Under the pieces are notes generated by a model. It saw nothing but the letters and a program-made list of their open reading frames with translations. It ran no database searches and was not told the origin of the DNA. Positions 1 to 13,210 of a DNA stretch of 64,000 nt are shown here, one piece after another. The stretch is from Eledone cirrhosa (Eukaryota). How positions within the stretch are numbered: position 1 is the stretch's first letter; every line of letters starts with the position of its first letter. The DNA lies in assembly GCA_964016885.1 (NCBI GenBank), contig OZ024743.1, positions 10,974,001 through 11,038,000 of the forward strand, read 5' to 3'. The position numbers were made by a program, and so were the translations under genes.

Positions 1-618
1 TACATACATACATACATACATACGATAAAGATAAGCATTTCAGGTCGTAACTTGCTTTTACACGAATCGTATGCGTCATTTTTCTATTGTTATTTCGAGA
101 TAAGCCTGAAGTCTTAAATCTTCTGCTTTGAGTTATAGTAGTGAGGAATAATCATAGACTGTCAGGGAAGTGAAATGACTCTAAAATAAAGATAGTACCG
201 AAAGACTCCCTCACTGAACGGAGTCTATGACCATTTTTTATAAAATATTTCTACACACTACACCGTGTGTAAAAGGTGCCATCGTAAGAAAACAACGATT
301 TTAAACGGTAAAAAAGGAGAAAAAATATGAAAATTTATGAAGATAACACAATTTCATATATACATAATATAAGCTACGTAATAATGGTTTCTCATTTTGC
401 CACATTGTCAGCAGTTTTCAGGAGAATAGAAAGCCGATTATATCGATCCCAATACTTGACCAGTAAATTATTTTAGCGGCATCGGAAAGATGACAAATTA
501 ACTTAAGCGTGGCGTGATTTGAACTTAGAACATAAAGGACACAACTGAATACTGCAGAGCATTTTATTCGACACTTCAACAATTCTGTCAATCCACAACC
601 CATAGAAGCTATTTAATA

Positions 619-1240
619 TTTGTTTCTACTTTTGGCACAAGGCCAGCAATTATCCCAGTGCACTACTGGTGCTTTATTTTATCGATCTCGTAAGGATGAA
701 ATGCAAAGTTAACCTCGGCGGGATTTGAACTCAGACCGTAAAGGTCTGTAACTCTATACTGCAGAGCATGGCGTCCGACTCTCTACCGATACTGTCACAC
801 CACTTTAAAAATGTTCTACTTTTGGCACAAGGCCAGCAATTATCCTAGTACATTACTGGTACTTTATTTTATTGACCTCATAAGGATGAAAGGCAAAGTT
901 AACCTCGGCGGGATTTGGACTGAGACCGTAAAGGGCCGTAACTATGCTGCAAAGCATGGCGTCCGACTCTCTACCGATACTGCCAATCCACCTTTAATAA
1001 TGAAGAAATATCGGTTTTTTATATAGGCACAAGGCCAGTGATTTGGGGGAGGAAAAGTCTATTAAATCGACCCCAGTGCGTGACTGGTACTTTATTTTAT
1101 CGACCCCGTGAGGATGAAAGGCAAAGTTAACCTCGGCGGGATTTGAAATCATGGCGTCCGACTCTCTACCGATACTGCCAATCCACCTTTAATAATTGTT
1201 TCTACGTTAGGCACAAGGCCAGCAATTACCCAGTGCATTT
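619..1240 (-). mobile_element. Tandem cluster of 3-4 tRNA-derived SINE copies (dominant family A)
   Basis: Repeated ~185-bp unit. The minus strand reads tggcagtatcgg (A box) ... gagttcaaatcc (B box) ... gcctttcatccttacggggtcgataaaataaagtaccag ... gaaacaa(tt). The same unit recurs more than 15 times in the window. Confidence 0.85.
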
Positions 1241-1584
1241 AATAATGAAGAAATATCACGATCAAATGTTATTGAAATAATGTTTCAACTATTAACGAAT
1301 CTCATGGCAAGCATGAGCCAAATATGCATTACCCACAGAATAAACTTAAGTTGTTTTTGGAATTGACGATCAAGCAGATACGAAAGATATACATATTTCC
1401 AATATGTTAATACATATAGTTTTATTTATGTTACCCTTTTCTTTAGTCATGGATTTAGATTATGCTATTGTATAATTAGTTGATGTAGCATATGTTACTT
1501 ACAACCTGTTGAATATATAGCAGATTTATTTATATAAAACTTAATGACAAACTTTGAACGGTTTATCAAATTTCCATTATACCA

Positions 1585-2880
1585 GGTCCTGACTTCCTAC
1601 TCCGCCAATCATTCCTACTTTATCATGTAGGTCGAACTGGACCTGCCATTTTGTGGGCTTCTTTGGCTTCAGGTAGTCTCAATTTGCAGATAACTAGATG
1701 GTGATCAGTTGGCAGCTTAGCCCCTCTCTAATACAAACCTCCAGCACAGAATCGAAGAGATCGGAAATAATAACAAAACCAATTATTCATCTCTGTCACA
1801 GTTTCCCCTTATACCATGTATATCTATAGATATATTTGTGCTGGAAGACGGTGTTCATATTAGAGTACGTCCATTACTAGAACAGAAGTCTAATAAGACT
1901 TCTCCATTCGTAATTGGACTGGGTCGCCGCTCCTTCCAATCACTCCTGTAGTCAGTGCCAACATGTGCATTGAAATCTCCCATGGTGGATTGGCAGTATC
2001 GGTAAAGAGTCGGACACCATGCTTTGAAGCATAGAGTTACGTCCCTTTATGATCTGAGTTCAAATCCCGCCGAGGTTAACTTTGCCTTTCATCCTTACGG
2101 GGTCGATAAAATAAAGTACCAGTAATGTACTGGGTAATTGCTGGCCTTGTGCCTAAAATAGAAACAATTATGATAAATGACTGTCTTAACTACATCTAAC
2201 GCTGCAGTGACTTCATCAAGGAAGGACCTGTATTTGGACTCCTTGTTTGGCGTATAAATTTCCACCACCCACAGACCTTTCTATTAGCCATAACTTGATA
2301 AGGAAAATCATACCTCCTAATCGGATCCATTCCATAACACACGGGGACTCGTGAATATTTTCACTCCAACCTGTGCAGTCTTTTCTGCTGCCACACCTCA
2401 ATTATGTAGTTTCCACCCTCCGTCCAAATCTACAATAACAAAGCCATGGAAATTTGTTGAGGAAACCTTGACTATATCTAGCCGGTAGCATATGTCTTAC
2501 TCCACTAGTTCCTGCTCCTTACCTGTAAGGGTTGTAATGTTCCAGCTACCAATTGTCAAGGATTGCATTCTTCCGAACAAACTCTGGGGTTTCGGGATAA
2601 GAAGCCTTTGTGTTTCCACTCCACGCCTGTCAGGACAGGTCGCAAACCTATCGTCAGTTCTTGCAGCGTTGAATAGAGAATACCTACGGCTTGAAAGCGT
2701 CACTTTTTATCCCCCGCGAAGGATGGTGCGGTATGGATGCCTTTTCTGTTTCCCACTATATTGCAATGCTTTGGTGGTCTCATTCGTGCTAGTCACCAAT
2801 TTCGTCCTTTCCTTAGACCTGCAAAGAGTAGGCTTTTTAGAGGCAGCCTTTACTCGCCTCGTCATCGCTACATCACTGGG
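1585..2880 (-). mobile_element. Degraded RTE-type LINE 5' part (APE endonuclease remnant), interrupted by a SINE
   Basis: Minus-strand peptides LTIGSWNITTL..EQELVE (2497-2560), MGDFNAHVGTD (~1950-1983) and TDHHLV (~1695-1712) are APE motifs. Many stops and frameshifts. Confidence 0.75.
1984..2170 (+). mobile_element. SINE family A copy inserted in the RTE remnant
   Basis: Full unit ggtggattggcagtatcgg...gagttcaaatcc...gaaacaatta splits the APE coding remnant. Confidence 0.85.
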
Positions 2881-3935
2881 CTGTGAGTGTCTTCTTGGAA
2901 GCTAACATTATTACCCATGGCTCCATCACTCCTAGTAGTTTACTTCTGTTTGTCCGGTGTTGCTTATTCGTCCAACAGGAGACCACATATATCACAACTA
3001 GCCATCATATCTGGTGGCCTTATCATTATTCGCCACCTGCAAACCATTCGCTAGCTGACAGCTCTCAGCACCATACATTATAATATGAGCAAAGAGCCGA
3101 AAATTAGTGGGAGCGTTACAGTTAATTATATTGACTCCAGGAGCTGAGTGCTAGTTTCTCATCGATCCGAAGGTAAGTCAGACCTCGGTGATATTTGACC
3201 ACAGAACGTAAGAAAGGGAACAGATAACGCAAGGTGTTTTGTTCGACACTCTACCGATTCTGCTAGTCCACATAAGTTGTTTGCTATTAGATTAGTGATA
3301 TTTAAATATTCATTACTTTTCCTAGCTCAGGTGAGTTTCCAGGGGTTCTTACTCACTTGAAATTCGCCTCTGGCCCTAAAAAAGATTCCTTACACCTGGT
3401 ATGGCGGCTTCCTTAGTTAGTTCTTCATAAAACCATTTCCACAACATTTTTCCTCGAAAATAAGTTTGGAAAAAACAGAAAGAACGTTGCTATTGATTTC
3501 TCTATGCATTAACATCACCTTCGTCCTCTTTTTAACCCCCACTTAATCTTATATCATTTTCCGTCGTTTAAACAGATTTATGTGTTATTCCCGTCTCCAA
3601 CACCGTGCTTCTTACTCTCACTAACGTAGTCGATATTTTTCGATGGGAACCGTCTCAGACAAGTTCCCAGACTCCACTACAGAGCCAAGCTTTTCCAGAT
3701 CAGTGAGCAGCAGCCTTATCTGCTCAACACTGCCTAATATCTGATTACAATCACCAAACATTAACTAGATTGAGAAATTTACCGAAAAGATACACGCACA
3801 CGCAAAGTGACATATACATAAATACACACGCGTATGTATGTGTGCATGTTGGTATTTTTACATACACGCACGCGAAAACATATATATCTATATATCTATA
3901 CACACACACACATATATATATATATGTGTATGTAA

Positions 3936-3967
<32 letters not shown>

Positions 3968-4020
3968 GCGTGTGTGTGTGTGTATGTGTGTGTGTGTGTA
4001 TGTGTCTGTTTCTCTGTGTG

Positions 4021-4059
<39 letters not shown>

Positions 4060-4443
4060 ACTTCTACATACATACAAACATACTTGCGCACACACACAAA
4101 CACACACATACATACATAAACATATGCAATATCTATACAGAAATACACACATACATACACATACACACACGCATACACAAATGCCAAAATTCCTCCTTTC
4201 CAGTGATAAGATATTTCAGCAAGTTGTTTGCTTCATTTTTTTTAAACCAAGCTATCGTCTGCCACCTTATTGGCGTCTTGCTGTCCCCCGTATCGGGGTA
4301 AAGTCTACACATAACATGAAACGAAGATGAGGAAAGTTATTGTAAAACAGAAAAGAAAAAAAAATGAGAAAAGGTAAATGGAAGTAAAATGATTGGAAAA
4401 GAATGAGAAATGAATTAAAGATATGAATAAAATACGTCCAGAC

Positions 4444-4484
<41 letters not shown>

Positions 4485-4789
4485 GCGCGCACACATATAT
4501 GAATATATTATTACAACAATAGGACTGTCCCCAAGTATAACAATATATATATATATATATATTTAATAAGTATAACCGAAGTTACAGCCGCACTGTATAC
4601 ATGTATACACACACACACCTATATATATATATACATATATACATGCATGTAATTTTTATTAAAAACATGTAAACCTGGGCTTACATGTCTTTAAATATGT
4701 AAACTGTACTTTCTTTAATGTATGGAGTATTAAGTCGAATAATCGTCTTACTAGTTTCAATTAGTAGCACCTTATCTATTTCTCCCCCT

Positions 4790-4829
<40 letters not shown>

Positions 4830-5010
4830 ACTCTCTCTCTCTCTACACACACACACACACACAAACACGCACGTGCATATATATATATATATATACACAC
4901 AAACATGTACATATGTACGTGTTTATATTTATATATTGGCAACATGACCCTCCCAAAGCATAACAATATATATATATAGATATATATATAAAGTATATAT
5001 ATATATATAT

Positions 5011-5660
5011 GTAGAGAATGTTGAGAAGCCAGAGGGGATCACTAATGTAGGCGGGAAGCCGCTGGAATTGGTTGAGGACTTCCTGTATTTGGGAGCAAAG
5101 ATTGGGAATACGGAAGATGATGTGGTTGAGAGGAAGAGCAAGGCCTGGGCAGCGTGCCACAGCTTGAGATCGGTGTGGAAGTCGGACCTTCGTAGAGACC
5201 TGAAAGTCCGCCTCTTCATTGCTGTAGTGGAGTCTGTGCTGCTGTATGGGTCTGAGACTTGGACACTGACCAAGAGACTCACTCAGATGGTGGATGGGTG
5301 CTACACGAGAATGCTGAGGATGGCTCTGAACATTAATCAGTATACACTGAGGATGAAAAACTCAGAGCTGTATGGGAGCCTCCCAAAAGTCAGCTCAAAA
5401 GTGACACAGAGGAGACTGAGGTTGGCTGGACATGCTCACCGACATCCAGAGTTGACATTGCACTCCGTGCTCCTTTGGGAGCCCCTACATGGACACACTG
5501 GAAGAGGAAGACCAAGGTTAACATATGTTGATGCCCTAAGGACAGACACTGGTCTGTTGGAGACGCAGGACATGGCAGCGATAATGAGGGACAGAGACCG
5601 CTGGAGAGAACTCGTCCATGGATCTCGGGAATTTTACCCGCCTTAGATAGATAGATATAT
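5011..5660 (+). mobile_element. 5'-truncated RTE-type LINE 3' end (RT thumb and C-terminus) with (TAGA)n tail
   Basis: ORF 5068-5646 has FLYLG, LLYGSETWTL, LRLAGH, GRPRLTY and DRDRWR. It starts abruptly after (TA)n and ends in tagatagatagata. Confidence 0.85.
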
Positions 5661-5717
5661 ACATATTTTTATTTGAATGTGGCAAAGCCGGCCAGTCAAT
5701 CGTTCATATACAGGAAA

Positions 5718-5826
5718 CTGATTGGCCAGTCTGCTGATATGCAAATCTGGCTGATCAGTGGATCTGTTAATATGCAGATCTGACTGATCAGCCAGTCTGC
5801 TAATATGCAAATCAGGCCAATCAGTC
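5718..5826. repeat. Degenerate 33-bp tandem repeat (~3.3 units) containing ATGCAAAT
   Basis: ctgattggccagtctgctgatatgcaaatctgg / ctgatcagtggatctgttaatatgcagatctga / ctgatcagccagtctgctaatatgcaaatcagg. Confidence 0.7.
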
Positions 5827-5888
5827 ACTGTATACTTTCGAAAATAGCATATATTTTCACTAGCTCTGACAGTTGGCAGGTGAACAGT

Positions 5889-5938
5889 GAGCTGTACTGA
5901 TGAAGGGTGATACCCAGAAACATTAGTGTCTGCAGTTC
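5889..5938 (+). ncRNA. Type I hammerhead ribozyme (canonical core, GUC site)
   Basis: GAGCTGTA-CTGATGA-A GGGT gat ACCC A-GAAA-CA ttag TG-TC-TGCAGTTC: 8-bp stem I with two GU pairs, 4-bp stem II, 3-bp stem III. Confidence 0.8.
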
Positions 5939-6996
5939 TGTTTACATGCCAACATAAGAGAAAGAATGAGGGGCTCATTCTACTGACATGACTTTAAAAA
6001 TGAGGTTTGTTTGCATAATTGCAAACGAATCCAATATTATTATTATTATTCGAAAACCTCAGATTACATTTATTGTATTCAACCATGTAGAGCGAAATAA
6101 ACATTTTTTTAAATTATATATATATATATATGCGCCCGAGCATTCACACACATACGGGCGCTAATACGCTTCATGATAGCCTTTTGACAGTAACATGAGC
6201 TCTACCCATTAAAATTACTGCAGAAAGTTAAGGGTTTAAATGCGAAATACATCACGTCGATATGCTAAATAGCGAGATATAGGTGAAGAATCATTTTGAT
6301 TTCATGTTAGTTGGAATCATATGTATAGCTATTGTTGTTTAGACTCATGTGAGTTCTGGTTGTCACTGCGACTGTATGATTCTGAGTGTGTGTATGAATT
6401 TTTAATTGTATATGTAAAGGTGAATCTGCGTTTGAATGTGTAAATGCATAGTTAAATGTGTGCGTGTTTGTGTTCATGTGTGTGTGAGCGTGCGTGTATG
6501 TGCATGTATGTGCATGTGTGTGTTTCTGTGTGTGTATATGTGTTTGTGCGTAAATGATTGTTTGTGTATTAGTAGGAGCTTGTGTTTATAAGTATGTGCA
6601 TGTAGTAGTGTTTTGTTTATGTATATGAATTATCCTATATGTGATAGTAGGTATATGTCTGCATAGGTGTGTAAGTGTATTCTTAAATGTATATTTAAAT
6701 TTGTTAATGTCTGTATATGTTTGAGAGTACGAAAGATTGTGTTATTGTGTGATGGTATTTTTAAGTGTCTTTCAGTTTGTAAGTGCATATGTTAACTTTT
6801 TACGGGAAATATCTCCCCCCCCCCCCCATCTCTCTCTACCCCCTCTTTCTATCTCTCTCTGTCTCTGAATGCGTAAGCTCATAAGTAATGCTTAAATAAG
6901 TTTTCACCACAAAATCTTTGGTGGTGGTGGTGGTGGTGGTTGCTATGGATTTCCCCCGCGAATCTCTCTTTACTCGCTAAACGTATTTCCTAAAAG

Positions 6997-7027
<31 letters not shown>

Positions 7028-7160
7028 AATGAGTTATATGGTTTGTTGATTATTCAACAAAGTTAATTTTACAACAGATTAAAAGCACTCTACAGTTTTA
7101 TCTGGAGTATCATTAATATTAAGAATATTAATAAATGGAATATCTTTATAAAACCATATT

Positions 7161-7212
7161 TATCTTATTAGGGTACTACTAATATTTAAGTACGGTTTCG
7201 TCAGATAAAATA
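7161..7212 (-). ncRNA. Decayed hammerhead at the PLE-1 3' end (GAAA and stem III missing)
   Basis: Minus: TATTTTAT-CTGACGA-aaccGTACT..AGTACcc-TA-ATAAGATA. Stem I and the downstream ataaatatggttttataaa match the HHR at 24986-25050. Confidence 0.5.
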
Positions 7213-7670
7213 AAATATTTGGTGTTAAGATAATGACATATCTTCATGTGAACTTAATGGTATAAGCCCAATTAAGATAGTGATTGAAAAATTCAAAACT
7301 CAAGGGATATATGTTAATGAGGATACGTTAAACCTGAAAAAAGCCGTTAAATTTAGACGCTTGATAAATAAAAAAAAATCCTTATTTATATTGTTTATGA
7401 GTTTGTTATTATAGGGTGAAAAATTATTGTAGACTTATTTTAGAGATAGTTATAGATATATACACCCAAAGATATATACATGAGTTTAGAAGGAATCACA
7501 TAATTATACTTACTTATTTTTTATATATATTTTAAGAATATAGATGTATTTATAATATTTAGATGAGAATTATAATGTATTGTAGTAAATTATAAGCTAT
7601 TCTTTTAAACATTTACAATATAATATTTATGTGGTTCAGTGATTGAATATACATCGTATTTACACCTATA

Positions 7671-7960
7671 TCATCATCATCATCATCATCATCATCATCG
7701 TTTAACGTTCATCTTCCACGCTAGCATGGGTTTGGACGGGAATTTTACCACTTGAGGCAAGATTGGTTGTCTTGCTCGTATAGGACTGTCTGGCGGGTTT
7801 TCTACGGCTGGATGCCCTTCCTAACACCAACCACGTTTACAGTGTGGACTGGGAGGTTTTTACCGTGTTACCTACACGGCCACATTACAGCGTGGACTGT
7901 GTGTTTTTTGTCGTGACACCTACACGACCTCATTTGTTTCGGACTGGATATTGTGGTACC
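7671..7960 (-). mobile_element. RTE-like 3'-tail / SINE fragment with (GAT)n tail
   Basis: (CAT)n run then gtttaacgttcatcttccacgctagcatggg...tacggctggatgcccttcctaacaccaacc. A short piece of the same end occurs at ~20606-20640. Confidence 0.55.
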
Positions 7961-8147
7961 AACATAACTTTACATTGGAAGGGGTGGTGTGGATGGGATA
8001 CGAGTGTATTTATTTTTTAGCATATATTTTAATACTATGAATGTAATTATAAATATAATGTATTGTAGTATATTATAAGACATTACTATATAATAAATAA
8101 TTATTTAGTACATAAATGATTATGCGTGAATATACATCGTATTTAAG

Positions 8148-8219
<72 letters not shown>

Positions 8220-9249
8220 TTTATAAATGAGCGTAAGAGAGATCAAGTAACTATAGATATGTATTTTATACATATATTTTAAGAATGTGAAACTAATTAT
8301 ATTTTTTTAAGTAAAAATGTACAGTATTGTGGTATAATCTATTATTGTATATGGTTAGTATTATAATATTTAAAAAGTTATGCAAGTTGAAATATATCGT
8401 ATATATAAATTTTGATTGTAAACAAAACATTTTGGGGGAGAGATAACTCTAAGAATTTTAAGGAATATGTTAAATGTATGCTTACAATAAACATTTAATA
8501 ATATATTGTTTCATCTAATGTTTACCATAATTATTAATTATAATTTATATTATAAGTAAATAATTTATATAAGATTTCAGAGCACCATATAGTAAATATG
8601 GTTTTGATAATAGTTTTTACAGTGTATAAGAAATGTTTCTATGTATTAAATTTTAAAAGTATTTGTATTTATATTGTAAATAGGCAACTTATATATACCA
8701 TAATATAGTAGATTCTATAAATTATAAACATTGTGAAATGTCTTGGAGAAACGATGCAAACAAGAATTAAATATTTCCTTTTTTTTTTAATAATATTATC
8801 AGGATTAGTAATTATATGAAATATTTCTTCAATACAAAGATGACAAATTTTTGAGTGCCGAGTTTTGGTAAACCGGCGCGTTCTTAATTTTTCTCCAAGC
8901 GATTGAATAGTCAGTGTTATTGTCTTTTAAAGACTAAATTAGTTGTGATTGTGAGGTTGAGAATGTTTTATCCGATCGTTTAAAAGTATGTTTATGATTA
9001 TACCAACGCTCCTTAAATTTTGAAGAAGCTGCTCCTATATAGTTATACAGCCTATCCTTTGTTTTTATGGTGCATTTGTATACTAAATTTCTATGTAGGC
9101 AATTATTCTGTAGTGGGCATAAGATGTTATTCCTGCAATTACGTTTTCTTATATTGTTATTTGAAGATACCCTATTATTATTCATGTACTCGCTATTTTT
9201 ATTATTCCTAATGCTATTGATTACATTGTTATTATTATTTGGGTTTACT

Positions 9250-9435
9250 AGGGTGGTGGATTGGCAGTATCGGTAGAGGGTCGGACGCCATGTTTTCCAG
9301 CATAGTTACGTCCCTTTACGATCTGAGTTCAAATCCCGCCGAGGTTGACTTTGCCTTTCATCCTTACGGGGTCGATAAAATAAAGTACCAGTAATGCACT
9401 GGGTAATTGCTGGCCTTGTGCCTAAAGTAGAAACA
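9250..9435 (+). mobile_element. SINE family A inserted in PLE-1 with 16-bp TSD
   Basis: TSD attatttgggtttact at 9234-9249 and 9436-9451. Confidence 0.9.
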
Positions 9436-12394
9436 ATTATTTGGGTTTACTTCAGTTAGATTTAATTTTAAATTCCTATTATTAATTTTTGCTATATTCT
9501 GGGCTACATTCATAGTTGAATAGTAAGAGAGCTTGACTGTATGTCTGTTAAAAATGGAGTGATACTTGTGGGACTTAGGAAAACATTTATCTAGAGCTTT
9601 AAAGAATTGGTGTGCTAAAGGTGTCTTAATTCCTAATGATATTGGAGGTGAATACTAAATTATTTTTTAGTTCTTGTTTTTCTATTTGATTTATTATTTT
9701 TGTTAAGTTGTTTAAATTCATTATTATTATTATTATATATTATATTATATTATTTAGGAGGTTGATTTATACTATTCTTATCTATGTAATTAATTTTATT
9801 AGTGTATTCAGCTCTGTGTAGAGCCTCATTGTAATATTCTACTTTGTTATCAAATATATATTTATTAGCTGAGAGTCTAGATATTCTTTGCTGGACACTA
9901 TTGACTATAGTTTTTTTAACGTTTCTAGGGTGATTTGAGTAGAAGCTGACATAATTTAGGTTTTCATTAATTTTATGGAATGGGTAATATAGGCCAGAGT
10001 TAAGGTTTAGTATAACATCTAAGAAATTAACAATTTTATTATCGTTTTCTATTTCTAACTGCAATTTCGTATGTAAGGCGTTAAGAATGAAGATGCCAAC
10101 GAGATCTGCAACTTGAGCTGAGTCCGAAGAACTCATCGTAATATCAAAATTCTTCGGTCTTTCTGCTCTAGTCCAGAGATCGTTGTTAAATTCAATAAGG
10201 GTTTTTCGTGCAGTTAATATAATTTTTATTTCTTCGCTAGATACGTCAGTATCTTAGAGCTTTATTAAGTAAATTAGGAGTTATTGAAGAATAATAATTA
10301 GCTATATCCATTTGTATAAATTTAGTATTATTTTTAGATTTAATGTTTACAAACCAATCTATTACTTCATTTATACCGTTCCAAAGCTCGAGATAGGATT
10401 TTTGTTTGAGTATTGGTATAATTTTGTCAAGTATATTTTTACTAATAATTCCTAGATCAGATTTAGACGGTGCTATAAGCCTGACTGGTAGGTCTGCTTC
10501 AAAATTTATTTTATGGTCTTTCATATTTATTTTCGGTTGCCTTGGTATGAAGGGTTCGGTCCTACGCTCAATTCCTAATTTGGAGATAATTTCAAAAGCT
10601 TCTTTTTTAAGGTTGTTGGATCTTCTTTACAGGTTTTTTTTAATAATTTTTTCTAAGTTCTTTCAGTATTAAATTATTGTAGTCTTCCTTTTCAATTCCA
10701 TATAAATTGTCAATTTTGTCAGATTTAACGAGGATCTTAGTTGGTTTTTTTTAAGTTATTAATTTTATTTTTGAGGCCTTTGACGTATTCCTGGCTATGG
10801 TAAGGGTATTTTTTTTAAATTTAATACTTATTATACTTATTAGTTCATTTTCGAACTCAGCTAAAAGTTTATTGAATGGTGGATTCTTCCTGGATTTAAA
10901 TATAAGGTTGAAGTTATATTTAGAATTGGTCTTTTCAGCACTTGATTTCTTTTCAAAGTGGAAAGCACGCCAGCGGAGTCTTCTTATGAAAGAATCAGAT
11001 TTTTCAATTAGCTGCTTCATGTATTCCTTATTAGTTGGTAAATGTGCATGCTTGAGAGATGAGGAGATCTTAAAGTATTCTATCATTTATTAGTGGTTAG
11101 AATTTGTGAAAGCAGAAGCTTCAAGAACTGTGAAATAATTGAAAGATCATGTCCAAATTTTCACCAGTAAATGTATGTATGTGTATTTATGCAAGTATAT
11201 ATGTAAGTATGTAAATATATTTTGACCAACGGTAACATCAAACCAGACAATGAAAGATTGTCATGCTCTTTCGTTCTGCCTTTCTGGCGTTTAGAACCTC
11301 AGAGGCATGTTAACACATGATCCCAGCGAACATGTGTAACCCCAGAAGATAGCAAGGGAAAAGCATTGAAAGAACCATACCAACTTGTGGTGCCCATTCT
11401 TGAGGGTGACTATCTTCTTCCCAATAGCAGTGTTTAGAGTAGTTTAAGAACCCAAGACATCAGAAGTTTCCCTGCTATCGGTTCAATGATAAATATAACG
11501 GAAAGTGGCCATCACTTCAATAGCTCGTTATCTTCAGCTTGTTGGGCCCCGAAACTTGGATTTGTCACTGAATTCACTGGGTGAAAGAATGTTTCACAGC
11601 ATGTTGTGACCTCTATGTTGGGCTTACCATCGCAGAACGGGGAAATATGTATGCCATCTTTCTTTTTGCTATCCCCTCGATCTAAAGCAATCGATATGAA
11701 GCCAGCAGCACCCAAGCTTCACTTAATGATCTCGTTAAGAGTGACATGCCGTGAGAGGGGACCGGCATCTAGGCGGCATATCAGTGGATGAAGACTGAAT
11801 GCGACTTCCTCTTTTACCCTTCTGATGACGAGGAATTGAATTAATATTTCTCTTTGAAGACGTTCAATCTGTGTTAATCTTTCATCTACAGCCATCCACT
11901 CACTCAGTATATTTGTCTCTCTGTCAATCTTATCTATTTGTCTATCTTTTTCATGCTCTTAACGATCTGTCTTTCTCTTTCATACTCGTAATCATCTGTC
12001 TATCTCATATTTTCAGCCGTCTATCTATTTTATACTCGTATCTATTTGTCTATCGATACATATATATGTGCACACACAAATATACACGCACACAGATATA
12101 CGTGTGTGTACGCGTATTTCTTTGTATATGTGAATATGTGTTAAAATGGAGTGGGGATAAGTTTCCATATCAAGTAATTGTAGAGGGTGTAGAGGAGAGA
12201 TTGACAATAGATATTTACATAATATCACGCGTATTTCAACCTCACGGTATCAAAATAATTTTTAGTATCAAAGTGAGTGTGTGTATGTGTGTATAGTTGT
12301 GTGTGTGGGTGCGCGCGCGCGCGCGCGCGTGTCTGTGTGTGTGTGTGTGTGTTTGTACGTGTGTGTATGCAACTGCGTGTAAATGTGTGTAGCT

Positions 12395-12680
12395 TAGATC
12401 ATGAATTCGATTCCCGGAGACATTTTTATGTCCTTGAACAAGACACTTTATTTCTCCTTGCTCCAACTCACTCAGCTGGAAAAAAAAAGAGTTGTACCTG
12501 TAATTCAAACGGCAAGACGTATCAAATGTTAAATTGCTCAATCTCCCTGAGAACTATTTTGAGAATGTCCTTGATTGAGAAATGTTCAGCCACTATCATG
12601 TTAATTTCATAAACAGACTGGTGCGCTGATCAAACTACTGGAACACTCGGTGTTGTTACCGACTGACATCCAACACCTGC
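12395..12680 (+). mobile_element. Second SINE-like family (CORE-like central domain); related copy at ~19610-19790 (-)
   Basis: gaattcgattccc (B-box-like), gtccttgaacaagacacttta, gtacctgtaattcaaa. The reverse complement tttgaattacaggtac is at ~19765-19780. Confidence 0.5.
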
Positions 12681-12986
12681 ATGTGCGTGTGCGCTCGAGC
12701 GTGACACTCAATAGTAGCGTCATTTTTTATAGTGACTGGCTGATGAAGTGATACAGTCAGAAAAAAAGATCAAATGATGAGACAAGAGATGAGAGACAGT
12801 GACAAGATATAAACAAGCACCGGTAAGTATGTTGCTTACGTGACCACTCATGCATATCAATCATTTCACCATAACAGTTTGGTATACTGAAAAACTGTCT
12901 CACTACTATCTAACACAGGTCTGACAAGGTTATCAAAACTTGTGTTTTCCCTAGAGTGGTGTGCCCCCACTATCAACAAATGTCAA

Positions 12987-13022
<36 letters not shown>

Positions 13023-13025
13023 TAT

Positions 13026-13210
13026 ATATAGATGAGATTCTACAGGACTAGAACTGTTTCATTCATTAGAAATCATCAGGAATCCCTGATGATTTCTAAT
13101 GAATGAAACAGTTCTAGTCCTGTAGAATCTCATCTATATTAAAACTGTTATACTCTGCTATGTATTGAGTACCTTACTTACTGTGGTTACCTCCGACTCA
13201 ACCCGGAATA
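13026..13210. mobile_element. Fold-back HHR element in (TA)n: perfect 55-bp-arm palindrome carrying hammerheads on both strands
   Basis: Arms 13026-13080 and 13085-13139 with spacer aatc. Same family as 25553-26025. Confidence 0.8.
13036..13084 (-). ncRNA. Type I hammerhead ribozyme (GUA site), 243-nt-unit family
   Basis: Minus: GATTC-CTGATGA-T TTC taat GAA T-GAAA-CAG ttctagtc CTG-TA-GAATC. Confidence 0.7.

Larger units (their letters stand above)
7023..11090 (-). mobile_element. Decayed Penelope-like element 1 (RT + GIY-YIG) with AT-rich 3' region
   Basis: Minus ORF pieces: FIRRLRWRAFHF (N-term), PVRLIAP..FIQMDIANYYSSI (RT), NFLDVIL..SNHP (RT thumb), CPLQNNC..LVYKC..YIG..FKERWYNH (GIY-YIG). 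Assigning 7023-8700 to the 3' region is inferred. Confidence 0.85.

Noticed and set aside
1984-2080. SINE heads as tRNA genes
   Set aside because: A and B boxes are present, but no cloverleaf forms and they are always fused to the SINE body.
11210-11830. Coding-like unique segment upstream of PLE-1
   Set aside because: No consistent frame or recognisable motif on either strand.
11822-12775. CTGATGA at 11822 and 12740 as hammerheads
   Set aside because: No compatible stems I and III.
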